Under the pieces are notes generated by a model. That model ran no database searches. It saw nothing but the letters and a program-made list of their open reading frames with translations, and was not told the DNA's origin. The position numbers were made by a program, and so were the translations under genes. A stretch of DNA of 62,919 nucleotides, filler included, from Perkinsus chesapeaki ATCC PRA-425 (Eukaryota > Protista > Perkinsozoa), in the NCBI GenBank assembly GCA_013115145.1. It is 6 parts of 6 records of this genome, joined end to end, with 100 filler letters (N's around TTAATTAATTAA, not from the genome) between each part and the next. Parts side by side here need not be neighbours in the genome. Positions count along the whole stretch, not along the records: positions 33,869 to 61,364 come from JAAPAO010000493.1; 5 more parts are not named here. One strand, written 5' to 3'. Within the stretch, counting starts at the first letter, position 1; every line of letters begins with the position of its first letter. Of this stretch, positions 39,928 through 53,317 are shown piece after piece.

Positions 39928-40906
39928 TCACGATATAATTAGTTCACATTCACTTGCCGTCGGCAGCATTACTCTCAAAGAACCTACCAATGTCATCCTT
40001 TTCATTTCAACATCACAGGCCGTTTCAAAAGTCTGTCTGTCTGCTTCAGCATTTTGGAAGTACTTCTCTTTACGTCGCCGTCGCTCCACCAGATGTTCGC
40101 TTATCTGACCATAAGTGCGACCATCCTTTAGGGCCTCCTCAAGCAGACTCGCCACATCCGACAAACGAGTGATAAAAATCCACCGGACAGAATTTGCCTC
40201 GCAGCTGAGGCGATTTGACACATCTGAGCACTTACGGCTCGCTTCCTATGAGCCTCCTTGACGAAGACCTCGAACTCAGCCCTATTGCGGAATAGCTGTT
40301 CTTTACTCCGAGTGTCCTTGCTAGCCAGCTCTTCAGTTAGCACCAACTGACAAGGTCGACTATCGCCTCTTTTCGGAGGTATAAAGTCACCTTTCGATGC
40401 TGATCCTCTCTTCGCTGCGCGTCCCTCCGAGCCTTCCTCATCTTCTCAGCGCCGACCAATGCGGCCTTCTTCGCCCGACGAGCCTCAGCCTGCCACTCAC
40501 CTCCGCGTTGATCACCCACGACGGCCCGCTTACCCTTGCAGCCAGAGCTTCGGCCAATTTTCTGTCTCGTTTCCTCTGGGCTCGCAAAAGCTCCTCCCTG
40601 AAATGAAGCACTGAAAAGGCCGGCATCGCACCGCCGCACCTATTCTGTTCCTGCAGTCGTTTGTTCCGCTTGAACCGATCGCCCCGCTGGTTGTTCCGCA
40701 TTTGCTTCGTCGCCTCGGCTTGCTGCTCCAAGCGTTGTCGAAGCCTGGCAGTGGAGGAGTGAATTCTGCGTTCGCCAAATAATGAGACACAATTGCTGTC
40801 GACGGTCCTTCTCAACCATCGTCATAGCTCTGTGGTAAATCATATCATCTCTTTCCCTCATCCTCTGCGCGCTTCTCGATCTCGCTCGTTCTCCTGAAGA
40901 AGACAC
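39928..40906 (-). CDS. Hypothetical coiled-coil protein, multi-exon
   Basis: Successive R/E/K/Q-rich ORF segments (40640-40906, 40438-40815, 40337-40639, 40128-40346, 39928-40221) separated by short intron-like stretches. Confidence 0.45.
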
Positions 40907-42117
40907 ACTCCACCTCTACAGAGGGTTTCCTCTGGTATCACTTCTGGCCTCGTTGTCCATAAAGGCCGCTTGCTGCCGCTCCAACTTCGCGACATGCGAC
41001 TGCATCCGTGTCAGCGCTAACGCAGCGAACTCTTCTGGGGACATGGCCAGCCGCAAGTTGTCTGAAGTTGCCAAACCTCGCCTGTGCCCGTCAGAACGCC
41101 TCGCTTACCGCACGAAACCGAACGTCTTTTCTGCGCATTCCCTCCAGCTGTCGCTGGACGCCCCTGCAACCACTCGTTGAAGGACTGTGTTGTGTAGCTG
41201 TCCCTCCGAATAATAGTGTCATACTCTTCCCTGATAAAGTAAGCTTGAAAGTAATGGTACGTATTTCCATGTAAAACTGGGAATCGGTTGCTCGGAGCTC
41301 AGAAACTGTTCGCAATAGGGTGACAAGGCGGGAGTTCTGATGATAAAAAATAGGTTTCCTGAATCAGAATGATAAGGGAAAACGGAATGATATATGTAAT
41401 AAGCTTAAGGTTGCACTTGGCGCGTTTCATGATTCATTTCGGTGAGAATTCTTAACGAGAACAGGACTGCTCCAACTGTTGCTGCTGGACACTTGGACTT
41501 CCTCCATGACTGCAACATCAGCCAAGTCGGCGCCTTACAGAGCTTCAGCGAGACATGAAATCTTCCATTCCAGTGGGAGGTCCTTCTCTCCCATGGTTGA
41601 GTATGCCGGGAACCGCGGCCTGGGATGTCTCGAATAATCTTTACTATGATACAGATTAACCTCGGACGGTCGCAAGCCCAATCTGTAGCATGCCTCGATG
41701 AAGCGTGGAGATCTGACAAGTGCCCTCGGCGGCGTTCGGCGGAGCTTTCAAGGCATACTTGAGTATCTCGATGGAGTTCAGACCGCGGTCAACGACTCGC
41801 TGTCGACCGCGAGGCGTTAAAAGGGCGAATGCCTCCTCAGGAAAGACATGTTCATCACCATCATAACCGTTATGGTGATAGCCTTCGTTGGTAGGAATCT
41901 AACCATACAAGGACTTGTGCTCGGGCAGTAGAAATCGCTTCTACCTTCACTTTAGTAGACTTAGGAGTTCTCACGCGAGCAGTGTCGGCTGTGACAGGTC
42001 TAGTGGAAGGAGTTGCTGTTTGGGAATAGCAACTGTCAAAGCCTCGATTTTTGGTAGGCATGATGAATCATACGATCAATTTGGCAAAAGCCTTTAAACT
42101 ATACAAGGGGTGGATCA

Positions 42118-42250
42118 TGTAATGTGGCAAGTGTATTATATAAATGTAATGTGACAAGTGTATTATATAAATGTAATGTGACAAGTGTATTATATAAATG
42201 TAATGTGACAAGTGTATTATATAAATGTAATGTGACAAGTGAATTATATG
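42118..42250. repeat. 27-bp minisatellite (AATGTGACAAGTGTATTATATAAATGT) x ~4.8
   Basis: Directly visible tandem array. Confidence 0.95.
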
Positions 42251-42540
42251 AACTTAATATTACTGCAAACAGTTCAAGATGAATTACTTCGATTGCTTCT
42301 TGATTGCCGTAACGAGCGGATCCTTATGACTAAGCGACAAGAGGACATTCATTAACAACTCGACAGGTGCCCCTTGCAGTGAAAAAACTATCAAGCTGAC
42401 CTCCTCACTAAGAATTAGAGACGCCTAAGTCGCAAGCAATTGTCTCTGACTATGAGCAGTATCAAACCATAGTGCTCATAGTAACCACAACAGGAGCCAA
42501 ACGTGGGAATGATACAGGCGGTCAAATGGTCGTCAGAAGT

Positions 42541-45500
42541 TCAGTTAATAATATAAATAAAAGACAACCAAACAAATAGGCTACATTTTAGATCTGATCG
42601 AGGCGGAGTTGGAGTAAAAGCTTCTGAAGGTCGAAAAAAATGTCTTCTCAGTGCCAACCGAAGGGACTCCTCCTCCACGCCCTCGACGACGTCTTGAAGG
42701 GACAGCTCCGTAGACGGCGTGCTTTGCGCAATACCTGAAGAGCCAAAGCTAGTAGAATACGACTCCACTATGACACCGTGATATCGAGAGGCTTTCTCAA
42801 GGTAACATATCGATGACGAGGAGCGTGGAGGCGTATTCGAAGAAGAGGCACTCACCGATGGCCTCGCAGGACACCAATCGTCGCTCTGGCTTTCTCGTCA
42901 GTGACCATCATTTGTAGGACCAGTTCGGCCAAGTCCGGGTCTATTTCAGCTAGCCTTTTGCCGACACTAACCTTTGGGTGGAAATATCGGATAACCGAAT
43001 GATAGAAATCAGCTTCTCCTGATGAGCCGCTCTCGGCGACTGACATGCAGTTCGTCCAAAGCTCCGCAGTTGGTTCTTTTCCTGAGTTAGATTACAATTA
43101 CCGAGGCTTCTATCATTCATCCAAAAACAGCAAGGTGCATTTACTTAGGTCACGGCCCTGCTTTGCAGCGCCATGCGGAGTTCTCTATAGTCCATAGAGA
43201 AAGTGTATCATTTCATCATTCATCAGAAAATGTGTAATTTCTGGCGTGCCTTCTTTACAAAAAACATAAGCAATGACACGGCACTTTTGGAGTGATCTAT
43301 CCTACTCCGTTCATCAGGGAAGACACTTAACGGGAGGGCTTTGTACCAACATCAACGTTTGTAGTTAGTTTTATTGGTAGTGAAGATGTGGCGTAAGTGT
43401 GTGGCGTAAGTTGTACCGAGGACAATCTTAGAGATAAGTATCCCCAATGCCCACACATCCATGGACTTGGCAATTTTAATTATTTGCTTTTCATCATCGG
43501 GCCCACTGATGCCAGAAAGGTATGCAGCCATAGGCCGGCCCAGCTCCGGAGAGGCGTATCTTCCATAGTGCGTAAGTTTAGCATCAAGGTCAGATCGCTC
43601 ACACTGGAGTGAATGTTATAGAGCCACCGCTAGCTGGTGAGATGACAGTCCCATCCAACATGAGACCACCCAAGTCGATGAGCTTCCATTGACCGTCGCG
43701 CATCCTCATAACATTCTCGGCTTTGAGATCGAGGTGCACCTGAAAGTATAAGAACAAATTTACAATTGACACGAAGATGATATATAGAAGAGATCCAGTT
43801 ATTAAGTGAATATATTAGGCTGCGTTATGACGAAAGGGAAAAATAGGCTTATCGTAAGCTGCTTACAGACTCAGAGATAAATAAAAAGGGATAACGGTGG
43901 CTTTAATTTACTGTAGACTGTCCTACCATGTCGAGGGAATGCAATGCCTCCATTATGTCTATAAGCCTGACAACTATCTCTCCTAGTTCATCGGTGGCGA
44001 AGTGATAGCTTCCAGGCAGCTCTGTACGCCTAAGCAGTATAACCTTCAGATTGAGAGCCATGTCGCTAGCAAGTGACGATATAGTCGTAGCAGTTTATAT
44101 TGGTGTATCATTAGTTCACAAAATAAAGATATCCTTACGATAATTTCAAGCCCGGCTAGAGCGAAAGAGATTCAAGTTGAATCTATTATGATTCCGCTAC
44201 ATGAGTGGTTGAGTAATTCAGGGTGGATATTAGGTTAGCATAATGTATGTGGGGTAAAGAATCGGAGAACCCATATCTTGCAAAATACGATGTGAAGCTC
44301 GTACCGCTGTGAAGGCTAAGCAGCCCACTTACTTTTTCCTAACATAGCTTTCAAGCGTCTCTACTCCCATCTCCATCACAATGATGAGATTACCGTGGCT
44401 GTCAGGTCCGGGGGCACCAGTCCTGGCCGAAACTATCATTTCCGATATGCCAACGACCAGGATTACTCCGTCGTCGTGAATGAAAGCAAACGAATGAACA
44501 TGCCACCATCCCTATCGTCATCGATCCATTCCGGTATCGCTATGTGACCTTGGACAGGGCCTTTCTGAGAACGAAGCCTATCATTGACGACTATGATTGG
44601 AAGAGCCTCTGGAGTGCTGAAATAAGGTGGGCCAAGAGACCATATCTCACCGTCGATAAGTTACTGATGTACGAGATTCGTAGCCAGGTTTATTCGATTC
44701 CATATAGGCGAGAAGTTCAAAACATCTAGCTTGTATACCACAAGCACAAGCTGTACTGATGTCAAGATTTATGAAGGCGCCCGCCTAAATGCGCTCGAGT
44801 GTATACTACATTTACCTTCATTTAGCAAGCCCTCCCAGACTTACCTTCAACATGTCCAACACTCGAACTTCTCTGGTGAAATAATCAATCGCTTTCTGGC
44901 TTGTCGCCTGAAACCAGCCAATGGTCTAGTTTTACTTCCTCCGGTCAGTGGAAATACATTGTAACATGACGAGGAGCCCTTGTCGAAGCAGTGTCCGACT
45001 ACTGTTAAGACGGACTGGATGAACACATGACCACGTTAACTAACTAGCCGCCGTTTCGAAAAATTATGGCATAATGCTGCAATGCATATTGATACATTGC
45101 AGCTGTAAATTTGCTGGCATCGGCTGCCAGCCAAATATGCTATAGTGATGAGCACACTTCCAAACCGAATAACTCGAGTCATACACGACTAGGTAGAAAC
45201 TAGGTCGAGAAAATACTATTCTCAAACAGAAATGGTCCCAATTTATATGCCAGCGTGCCGTTATAGCCTCTTAGAGAGAATTATCTCTGGTTCATCAGAT
45301 GAGCTTGATCTGCTAACTTTCGATATAGTCAATCATCTAAGGTGTCTTCCACCTGACTTTACTAAAGTCACTTTAGCTACATAGGCAAGCCCGCTCTTGT
45401 CGGGAATAAATTTTCTATCTTCCTTTCTTCAGAAAATACTTATACGTGCCAGGAGCCTCTTGCAAACCAGCCACTGGTTAGCAAGTAGTGATCAAAGGCT

Positions 45501-46984
45501 ATGCCACGAAGCAACGTGTAGTCACAACAGAAGTACACCTTGACCATATCGCACCGTCCAATCATTTACACAAGCAGTAGACTACAGGCTCAAATTACGT
45601 AATTCAAATGCTCCCAATGTGAGAACCATACCCGAGGCCGGTAATTATTTATAGCTCAGCCCTGGGCGATCGATAACTCAATTGCGTGACCTTGTCCTGT
45701 GACAGTCGCCGTTAGGAAGGCCGCTACTCAGATGATCTAACTTAGATCAAAGATGGAATACATCCCTAAAGGATGTATTTCGGAGTCAGACATATATGCA
45801 GGGGCGGCTCTAGGCCTATGACCACAGGGGGGCGGGAGAGGGGCGAGAGAATTCTCGTGGGGGTCCGGTTTGAAATTTTCAAATTGTAAACGCAACTTGA
45901 ATCGCTTTAGAGAAGTTGTCTGCCGACTCGGTAGACTACCGAGTTAACAACGCTCGGCACTAAGTGCCGAGCGTTGTTAACTCGCTGAAGGCTCGCAGAG
46001 AAGCTCGATCGAGAAGCTTTGATAGAGAGGCTTTCAACTGCAGTAACAGCGACAACAGTGTGACCTAATTCAAAAGCGTTCTCCTGTTGCACTCCGCGAA
46101 AAGATCAATAACATCATCGAGATTCAAGCTTTCAAGCCTCTCACGAGCGATATTGAGGACCCCAAGGTTCGAAAGCCTAGCATCCCCGGGAGAGTTACGC
46201 AAGTAATCCTTCGCAGCTTATTGATCCTTCGCATAGTAAAAAAACTCCTCTCGCTTGAGGCTGATGAAATCGGCCTCATCAAGAATCAAGGCAATGTTCA
46301 ACATGGGCCAAACACACCACGGTGGTGCCACCACCTATATCTACAATGCCTTGCCCCCCTCACTAAGGGAGTCCACTGCTATATGACCCCCCCCCCTAAA
46401 GCCGCCCCTGCATATATGACGATGTAGCTTCGCGGCAGAGCCTCCGACTTTAGAGGAGGCTTCATCGATCAATCAATGATCGATGAAAAAGACAGTAACA
46501 ACAATTTGCGATCAGAGTTGCTGCCTGATACGCGCGGGACCGCGATAGGCCATTGCTGGTCATGCTAGGTTCGCACCCCTCTGCTTGACAGTACTGAGTT
46601 ACTTTCTGTCTCGCTGCGAGTGCTCGCGCACATTACGCAAGAGACCAATCTATGGCGGCTATACGGGAGCGTCCAAGTTCGAGCCTCCCCAAAATAGCAT
46701 GCTCGAAAAACCTGAGTCTGAGAGGAACGTGCGATAACTCCAGCAGTTCAATGCGGTGGAATATATTCAGCAGGATGGCTCCAATTACCGTATAAGTTTT
46801 GATTGCTACAGCCTCTCCAGTGAGCAAGTCCAACCCCTTCCGAACCTCACTAAAGGCTCCTCGGCCAATCGCTGCATCTGTCAAGTCAACGCAAAACCTA
46901 CAGGACTCGCATACTCACTCACAAAAGTGACGCGACACAACACGAACTCACGAGACCGTACCGATCGTTGACGAATAGCCTCAT
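42541..46984 (-). CDS. Serine/threonine protein kinase, multi-exon with long introns; 3' end approximate
   Basis: Exons encode IGRGAFSEVRKGLDLLTGEAVAIKTY (~46800-46880), GNLIIVMEMGVETLESYVRK (~44340-44400), VHLDLKAENVMRMRDGQWKLIDLGG (~43670-43740), YASPELG (~43550) and LAELVLQMMVTDEKARATI (~42880-42950). Confidence 0.8.
45799..46410. mobile_element. Non-autonomous hAT-family DNA transposon (612 bp) inside a kinase intron
   Basis: TIRs CAGGGGCGGCTCTAGG / CAGGGGCGGCTTTAGG (reverse complement of right end); identical 8-bp TSD CATATATG at 45791-45798 and 46411-46418; no transposase ORF. Confidence 0.9.
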
Positions 46985-47135
46985 CCACTTCAGCCTGCGC
47001 CAGAATGGAAAATTGCTGAAGACACCCGAAGGGCAATGCACAGGTTGACAAAACCAACAGCTTTTGTCTCTGAAACATCTTAACTTATATCAGTAATAAG
47101 AATAAAAATACCGGAAATCAGCATGCCACCGTACT

Positions 47136-48438
47136 CTACTTTTTGGCCAAGGCTAATACTAAAGAGACGGCAATGAGGCCGCCAAGTACGGCCGAGGTAA
47201 AAGCGAGACCCATGAGCTGATACGACGACACCGGAGCGAGAGCCTGTGTAGGGGCTGCGGCCGCGTATTTTGCCATACAATCGACCTCGAGGTTCACTCT
47301 AGCTCCTATAGGCTTATGTGGTAAAGTGATGACTGACTGAGTGTGAGGCACCAACATGATAGTGAAAGTGCAAGTCTTGGGGCAGACCTCGCATACCGTT
47401 AGGGAAACACCTACAACAATGAGAGCATTCCAATTTCATAAGTCAAGGCAGAAGCCTGAGAAAGCGGGAACTGAGTTTTACCCGGTAATATTATCCACTC
47501 ACCAAGAACGCTCAAGAGTATTTATAAACCGTACACATCTGAGATATCTCAATAGCACGAAAACCACCGAAACGATACGATAAAAACTACTGGTTTTGCA
47601 GTCTGTATCGGACAACACTCCCCCAGCTTACCGTCCATAGCAATGAAGCCTTTGGGGACAATGTATGCCGGCAGCACTTCTGGAAATGCCCTAATCCTAA
47701 CCTACATCACCAATTAGCACCAAGACTTTTCTTGGTGTCCACACTTACCCGAATACTTTCGCCATCTTTCCACTTCTCTTCAACCACACCGGTTCCATCT
47801 ACATGCCCTTGCACCACATGCCCCGAATTCCTCGCGTCAGCAGCCAAGGCTCTCTCGACATTGACCTATTGCAAATCTTGCAATCTTGCATTTTCTCAAC
47901 TCTATGATACCTTAGATCCTTCAGACAGGTCACCCAGATTGGTCTTCATCAACGTTTCCGGGGTGATCCCAAGTGTGAAGACATCACCTTCCAATTCAGT
48001 TACCGTCAAGCACACTCCTTCCACTGCAATTGAACAACCAATATATGCGTCTTCGCAGGCTTTCGCGCTTCGTATCTGAAGTCCACATAGCACATGAATC
48101 TAGCCGCAATGCATAGAGCGCTTGTAGACGACGCCCCTCACCAATTGTGAGCTTATAATGCTTGAAATAATGCCATTCACTACATTCTTGCACTACACGT
48201 ATTGAGCCTTTAATGAAAAGGCACAAGAACGCAAGGTAGTACCTTGTTTACCTTGCACGTATTATACTTAGCAATATAGGGCATTATACAGCAGCGGGCA
48301 GGGGAGCTCGAAGTTTGTGAATAAAGGGAACTAGGGGATGCATACCTTGATAATAATTCCATCTCTCGGCTTTCCTTCAACCATCGGTTTAATACCCACC
48401 ACTTCCCCTTGGCCTTCGACAATGCCGCTGAACACCAT
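47136..48438 (-). CDS. ribE: Riboflavin synthase (alpha-type) with C-terminal hydrophobic extension
   Basis: MVFSGIVEGQGEV, IGCSIAVEGVCLTV, ETLMKTNLGDL, VNVERAL...SGHVVQGHVDGTG, LVPHTQSVITL...GARVNLEVDCMAKY. Confidence 0.9.
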
Positions 48439-50254
48439 TGGAAGTGGTTAACGAGGAAAACTGCAAACATGTTAATAGAAACAAGTAATAAGGACCAATC
48501 CCGCCTTATGTGAATGTGTTCCTCAAAAAGCGTCCCCACGGCGGAGGAGTTGCGATAGAGAGTTAGATAGTATGACCCTATCTGATGACCCCTTCGTATG
48601 ACCCTACTTCACAGTCTCTCTGGATCCGACATATTACAAGCAAGGCCTTCGCCTTCCACCATCCCAACAGCCGACCAAGCCCACGCTACAGCTGATGCCT
48701 GAGCCTGGCCGCAGCAGTGCTCACCGATGATCTCCTCGGCAATACCGAATCGGCATAGCTTTTGCGTTACTGTCACAGAGCAAGTGTCACCGGTGCTCGC
48801 GTCACGTCACCATTAGAAGAATCAGCCCTCGCAGGCCTTCGAGAGCTTATGTGAGAAATTTACGGTTGCTGCCGAGTCCTTATAATACAACCCTCGCTTT
48901 TTTCAGCTCACCCTACTAACTAGTAGACTGAGGTTGTGACGGACTTCGCCCAGGACCCCCCCCCAGGTCCTCCCTACGCTGGGACACCAAAAAGGCCATC
49001 GCTCCCACTTATTACCGATCCTAGATTATCTTTAAACAAATGCTACAGCAGCAGCCCGCACCTGAATACGAGGTCACTGCTAAGGGAAAAGGAATCCTTC
49101 TGAACAAGTGCAGTGGACGATCCTTCCTCTCTTGGGAAAACATTTTCCTGCAATGCTTCATACCATACCACTGAACTAGGATCACTTTTGGACATCACAC
49201 CCAACCACACTGGTCGGGAAAACCGCCTCATTCCTAAGACTAATCATACCCCTGATTGCTGAAGCTTCCATAAGTTGAGATGATGACGATGATGATGATG
49301 ATGCGTCTTGATGTTCAAGATGAGGGTAGTTATCAAGAATTGAGAACAAGTTCAAGGGAGCGGTCATCGTCGCGAGGGAGTGTGGCGTGCGCGTTTTCTC
49401 ACGAAACCGTCGCCTTGTGGTAGCATCGTAGGCCCGAATTGCCTCGGGGTGTTCGTTCTACCACGGCCTCGCGTGTTTGTTTTTTTTGTTGTTGTTGATG
49501 GGGAGACATTACCTCCTGAGCTCAACTGTCAGGGAGGATAATGTGATTATCCATTCATAGCCTTCACTGAGAGTGCGTTGCACTGCTGGCGTGCGGGCGG
49601 GTGGATAGTCCTCACCCAACACTCCCGATCAACATCGTGTTATTGTTGTACGACTATGGTAGAGACTCTTGAACGCATGTTTTTACTTGCTTAAAACCCA
49701 TGCGTTCCACAATAGTCGACAATTACTATCCGCCGCCACCAAGGATCTATTGTACTAGTAACTGACATTCCACCGGGGCGATCCTGAGACCACCACTCCC
49801 CGAAGGAAAGATATAACCCTCCTTGCCCACCGCACTACATTGACCAGAGAACACAACATATATAGTAGTTTGAATCCCATAACGGTAGTAATAGTTGTTA
49901 TAACTAATCATTCCCTAATGCTAGACACACTGTTGGTAGGATATAGAAGAATAGTGATGATGATGATGACGAGGGTGAGGAGGAAACGGTAACGCCATCT
50001 CTAATGATGGTAGCAGGCACCGTCGTTCCTGGCCACCACCATCACCACCATCACCAGGATCAGCAGGAGTTCAGTAGAAATACGTAGATCAACTCGAAGA
50101 ATGAGCCAAGCCAAGTCATGATTACGTCATCAATTACTTCATTCTGAAACAGGATAACTCATCATCACAACTCGGGGCGCGTGACTTTTCTCAACATCTC
50201 TTTGATTCTTCCATAAATATTTCCAACACGTAAGCATGTGCGTTCCGCTTGCAC

Positions 50255-50379
50255 GTTTTCCCCGAAAATCCAGAATTTTCCCAATTTTCCCCGAAAATCC
50301 GGAATTTTCCCAATTTTCCCCGAAAATCCAGAATTTTCCCAATTTTCCCCGAAAATCCAGAATTTTCCCAATTTTTCCC
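50255..50379. repeat. 29-bp minisatellite (AATTTTCCCCGAAAATCCAGAATTTTCCC) x ~4.3
   Basis: Directly visible tandem array just downstream of the GPI stop codon. Confidence 0.93.
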
Positions 50380-50394
50380 TGGTGCCGATGAAAC

Positions 50395-52460
50395 TTACTG
50401 GTGATATTGCTTGAGAAGCCTCTGGGTGGAACCGCAGAACTGTGACACACCAGAGGAGGGGTTGGCGAAGTGAGCTCTCACAGACTTGGCCAAAACCTTG
50501 CCCTGAACAAAAGCGCGTGAAACTCCCTCCACCGTCGACCATGAGCCTACCAATTCTACTCCCCATTGATCGAAGCAGTTGATACCCCAGACAGAGGCCT
50601 GGACCATGGTGCGATGCTCGTACAAAGCGAGTAGAGCGCCGACAGACTTGGCGTTGCAGGCACCGGGGAAGAGAAGGGAGAGAGAGGGACGGTTGCCGGG
50701 GAAGAACTTGTGCTCCATCAACTCGGCAGGGACCTGAAAAAACGGCCTGAACAATCGATAAACCCTCCAAACTTACGCCCTCCTTCTCGAGCTGGTCGTA
50801 GCCCTTGCCGAAAGCAAGAGCATCGGGCTGGGCGAAGAAGTTGGACATAAGCTCGTCGTGGTTGCTGACGGGCTCGCCGGCAAGCTTGATAGGGTTCTGG
50901 GACTTGGCAAAGCCGATGAACTCACTGGGCACTATAGTAGTGCCCTGATGAAGCTCCTGGTAGAAGGAATGCTGTCCATTGGTGCCAGGCTCACCGAAAT
51001 GAACCATTCCTGAAAACAACAACGACTTTCAATTCACTCAACGATCGTGCGATTCTTACCGGTGTTATAGTCGACGGTCTGCCCGGAGAGGGTGACACGC
51101 TTACCGTTACTCTCCATATCGAGCTGCTGGATGTGGGCAACAAACCTCACCAGGGCTTGGCAGTAGGGGAGGATGGCGGTGGAAGAGGCACCGAGGAAGG
51201 TCCTGTTCCAGACGGAGATGAGGCCCATAAGGGCAGGGATGTTCTGGCTCAAATCCTTCGTGTTGCGGAAATGTACATCCATCAAATGAGCACCTAAAAT
51301 GAAAGATACGGTATGAAACTTCAAACTGCCATCTCTTCACCTTCAAGGAACTGCTGAACTTGCTCGAAGCCGTACTGCAGAGCGAGAGGGACGCAGCCGA
51401 CAGCAGAGCAAACGGAGTAACGACCTCCAACCCAGTCCCAAAAGGCAAATACATTCTCGTCCTCAATACCGAACTCCTTGGTCAACTTCAAGGCAGTCGA
51501 GCACGCACAGACGTGCTTGCTGACGACCTCGGGAGAGTTTCCGAGGTTATCAAAGAGCCATTGGCGAACAGTCTTCGCATTAAGCATGGTCTCGGCAGTG
51601 GTGAAGGTCTTGGAGATGACGACCAGAAGAGTCTCCTCGGCGTTGAGGTCACTGAGGGCTCTCTCGACATCGATAGGATCCACGTTGGCAAGGAACTTAG
51701 TGGTCCTGCCCTCGGCGCTCTTCTTCGCATCGGGGCCGGTACGGAGGGCCTCGAAGACAAACTCGGGTCCTATAGGGAAGGAGAATCACACAAACCATAG
51801 TACGGCGGCGGAGCCTACCCAAGTAAGAGCCGCCGATACCGACACAGACGACGTTCTTAAGAGCCTTGCCGGTGACACCACGGTGCTGGCCGGAGCGGAC
51901 CTTGTCGGTGTAAGTCTTGATTTGGTCCAAAACTCTCTAAAAACGGAAAATATGCCTCGACGGGAAATAGAACCCAGGACCAAATGATTGAGAGTCTGCC
52001 GCTACCCCTACTACCCAAACATCCTCGACAACGTTCTTGCCGTCGAGCATGACCTTGGCGTCGCGAGGATCCCTAAGGGCGGTGTGAAGAACGGCTCTCT
52101 TCTCAGTGCTGTTAATCTTAACACCTGCAAAGCAGCGGGTTCCAATCCGACCTATAAAATATCTTCACTACCATTGAACATGTCCTCTATCTTCTCATCA
52201 AGATGAGCTTCCTTGGCCAAGTCGAACAAAGCCTTACGAGAAGCATCATTAAGGCGCTCTCTGGAGTAATCGAGAGTCAAACCTTTCAAGTCAGCAGGGG
52301 CGACAAACATAGATTTGTTACGCTCTAAAAAGGAACATTTAATAGAGGCCTGTTCCGGGGCTGACTTACCCTCGTCGGCCAAGAGATCCTTAAGATGGAC
52401 GTTCTTGATTCTGTCAGCAGCGGCAGCTGCGTTGGAAAATGCCTGGGTGCTGGAAATCAT
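50395..52460 (-). CDS. GPI: Glucose-6-phosphate isomerase
   Basis: [90 protein letters not shown]. Confidence 0.97.
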
Positions 52461-53263
52461 CCTAGTCTAAGAAATTCGACTGAAAAAGCCACTTGACATA
52501 GTTTGGATCCTGCGCGCTTCAACCTAAGATAACCCATGACTGCCATCTCGCTATTAAGCTCAGCCAAGGTCCTCTCCAATGTTCACACGCCACAAAATTA
52601 TCCGCTTCTTTCCAACGCACATTTTCATTTAAAATTCTTCACAGTGCGTAACTTCCCCTATATACCAACCTCCTCAAAGATACTCTAATAATATCCCTCC
52701 CTATCTTCCCATAATAACATCACATCTCATTAACCTTACCCTCCTAAGCTACGCTAAACCCCTCCTCACCATCCACCTAATGACATTCGCGCGCGCCCAG
52801 GTGATCGATTTGGTACTACTACGCAATGTGAAGGGCTGTGAAGAGGCTCTTTAAGGTTTATTTTATAGAAGGGCCTCATTACCTATAAAAACAGAAATTA
52901 AGCTGGGAAGAGATTAAGAGATTAAGATAAGATATTGAAGACTTTGCCGAATATAATGTTCTCAAGAGTTGAGCAGTTTATTTTCCGGCTCTGTGGGGAG
53001 GTTGTCATCGCGTCAACCTAAGATACCATCATTAACCCTACCAGTAACACTTCAGAATGACAGCGACTTCACTCTATTATTGTTTGGCCGCTCATGCCGG
53101 TGCTCCGCCGGACAACGCCGCGCTTCTCTCGGAAGATTTCCCGAAAACCCTTTCTTGAGCTAATCTATTCGCTCAAGAACGCCCGCGTGTATTTGGTTGA
53201 AGAAATCTCACCAAATTCTGGTTCATCTGTCAATTTGCCAGCATTTTAGAGTGTGCTAGTCAT

Positions 53264-53280
53264 ACCGTATCTGACTCAAG
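53264..53280 (+). other. Possible degenerate spliced-leader relic upstream of the SET gene
   Basis: ACCGTATCTGACTCAAG aligns to the recalled short SL ACCGTAGCCATCTGGCTCAAG with a 4-nt deletion and 1 substitution; it ends 37 nt before the ATG. Confidence 0.4.
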
Positions 53281-53317
53281 GCGGGCAAATAACATACATT
53301 ATCCCCTCAGTTGCCAA

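Noticed and set aside
42118-42250. 27-38 bp repeats of CRISPR-like length
   Set aside because: Head-to-tail tandem units with no unique spacers and no cas genes, in a eukaryotic genome.
50139-50450. ORFs with [11 protein letters not shown] / WENSGFSG repeats
   Set aside because: Translations of the 29-bp tandem repeat downstream of the GPI stop codon.
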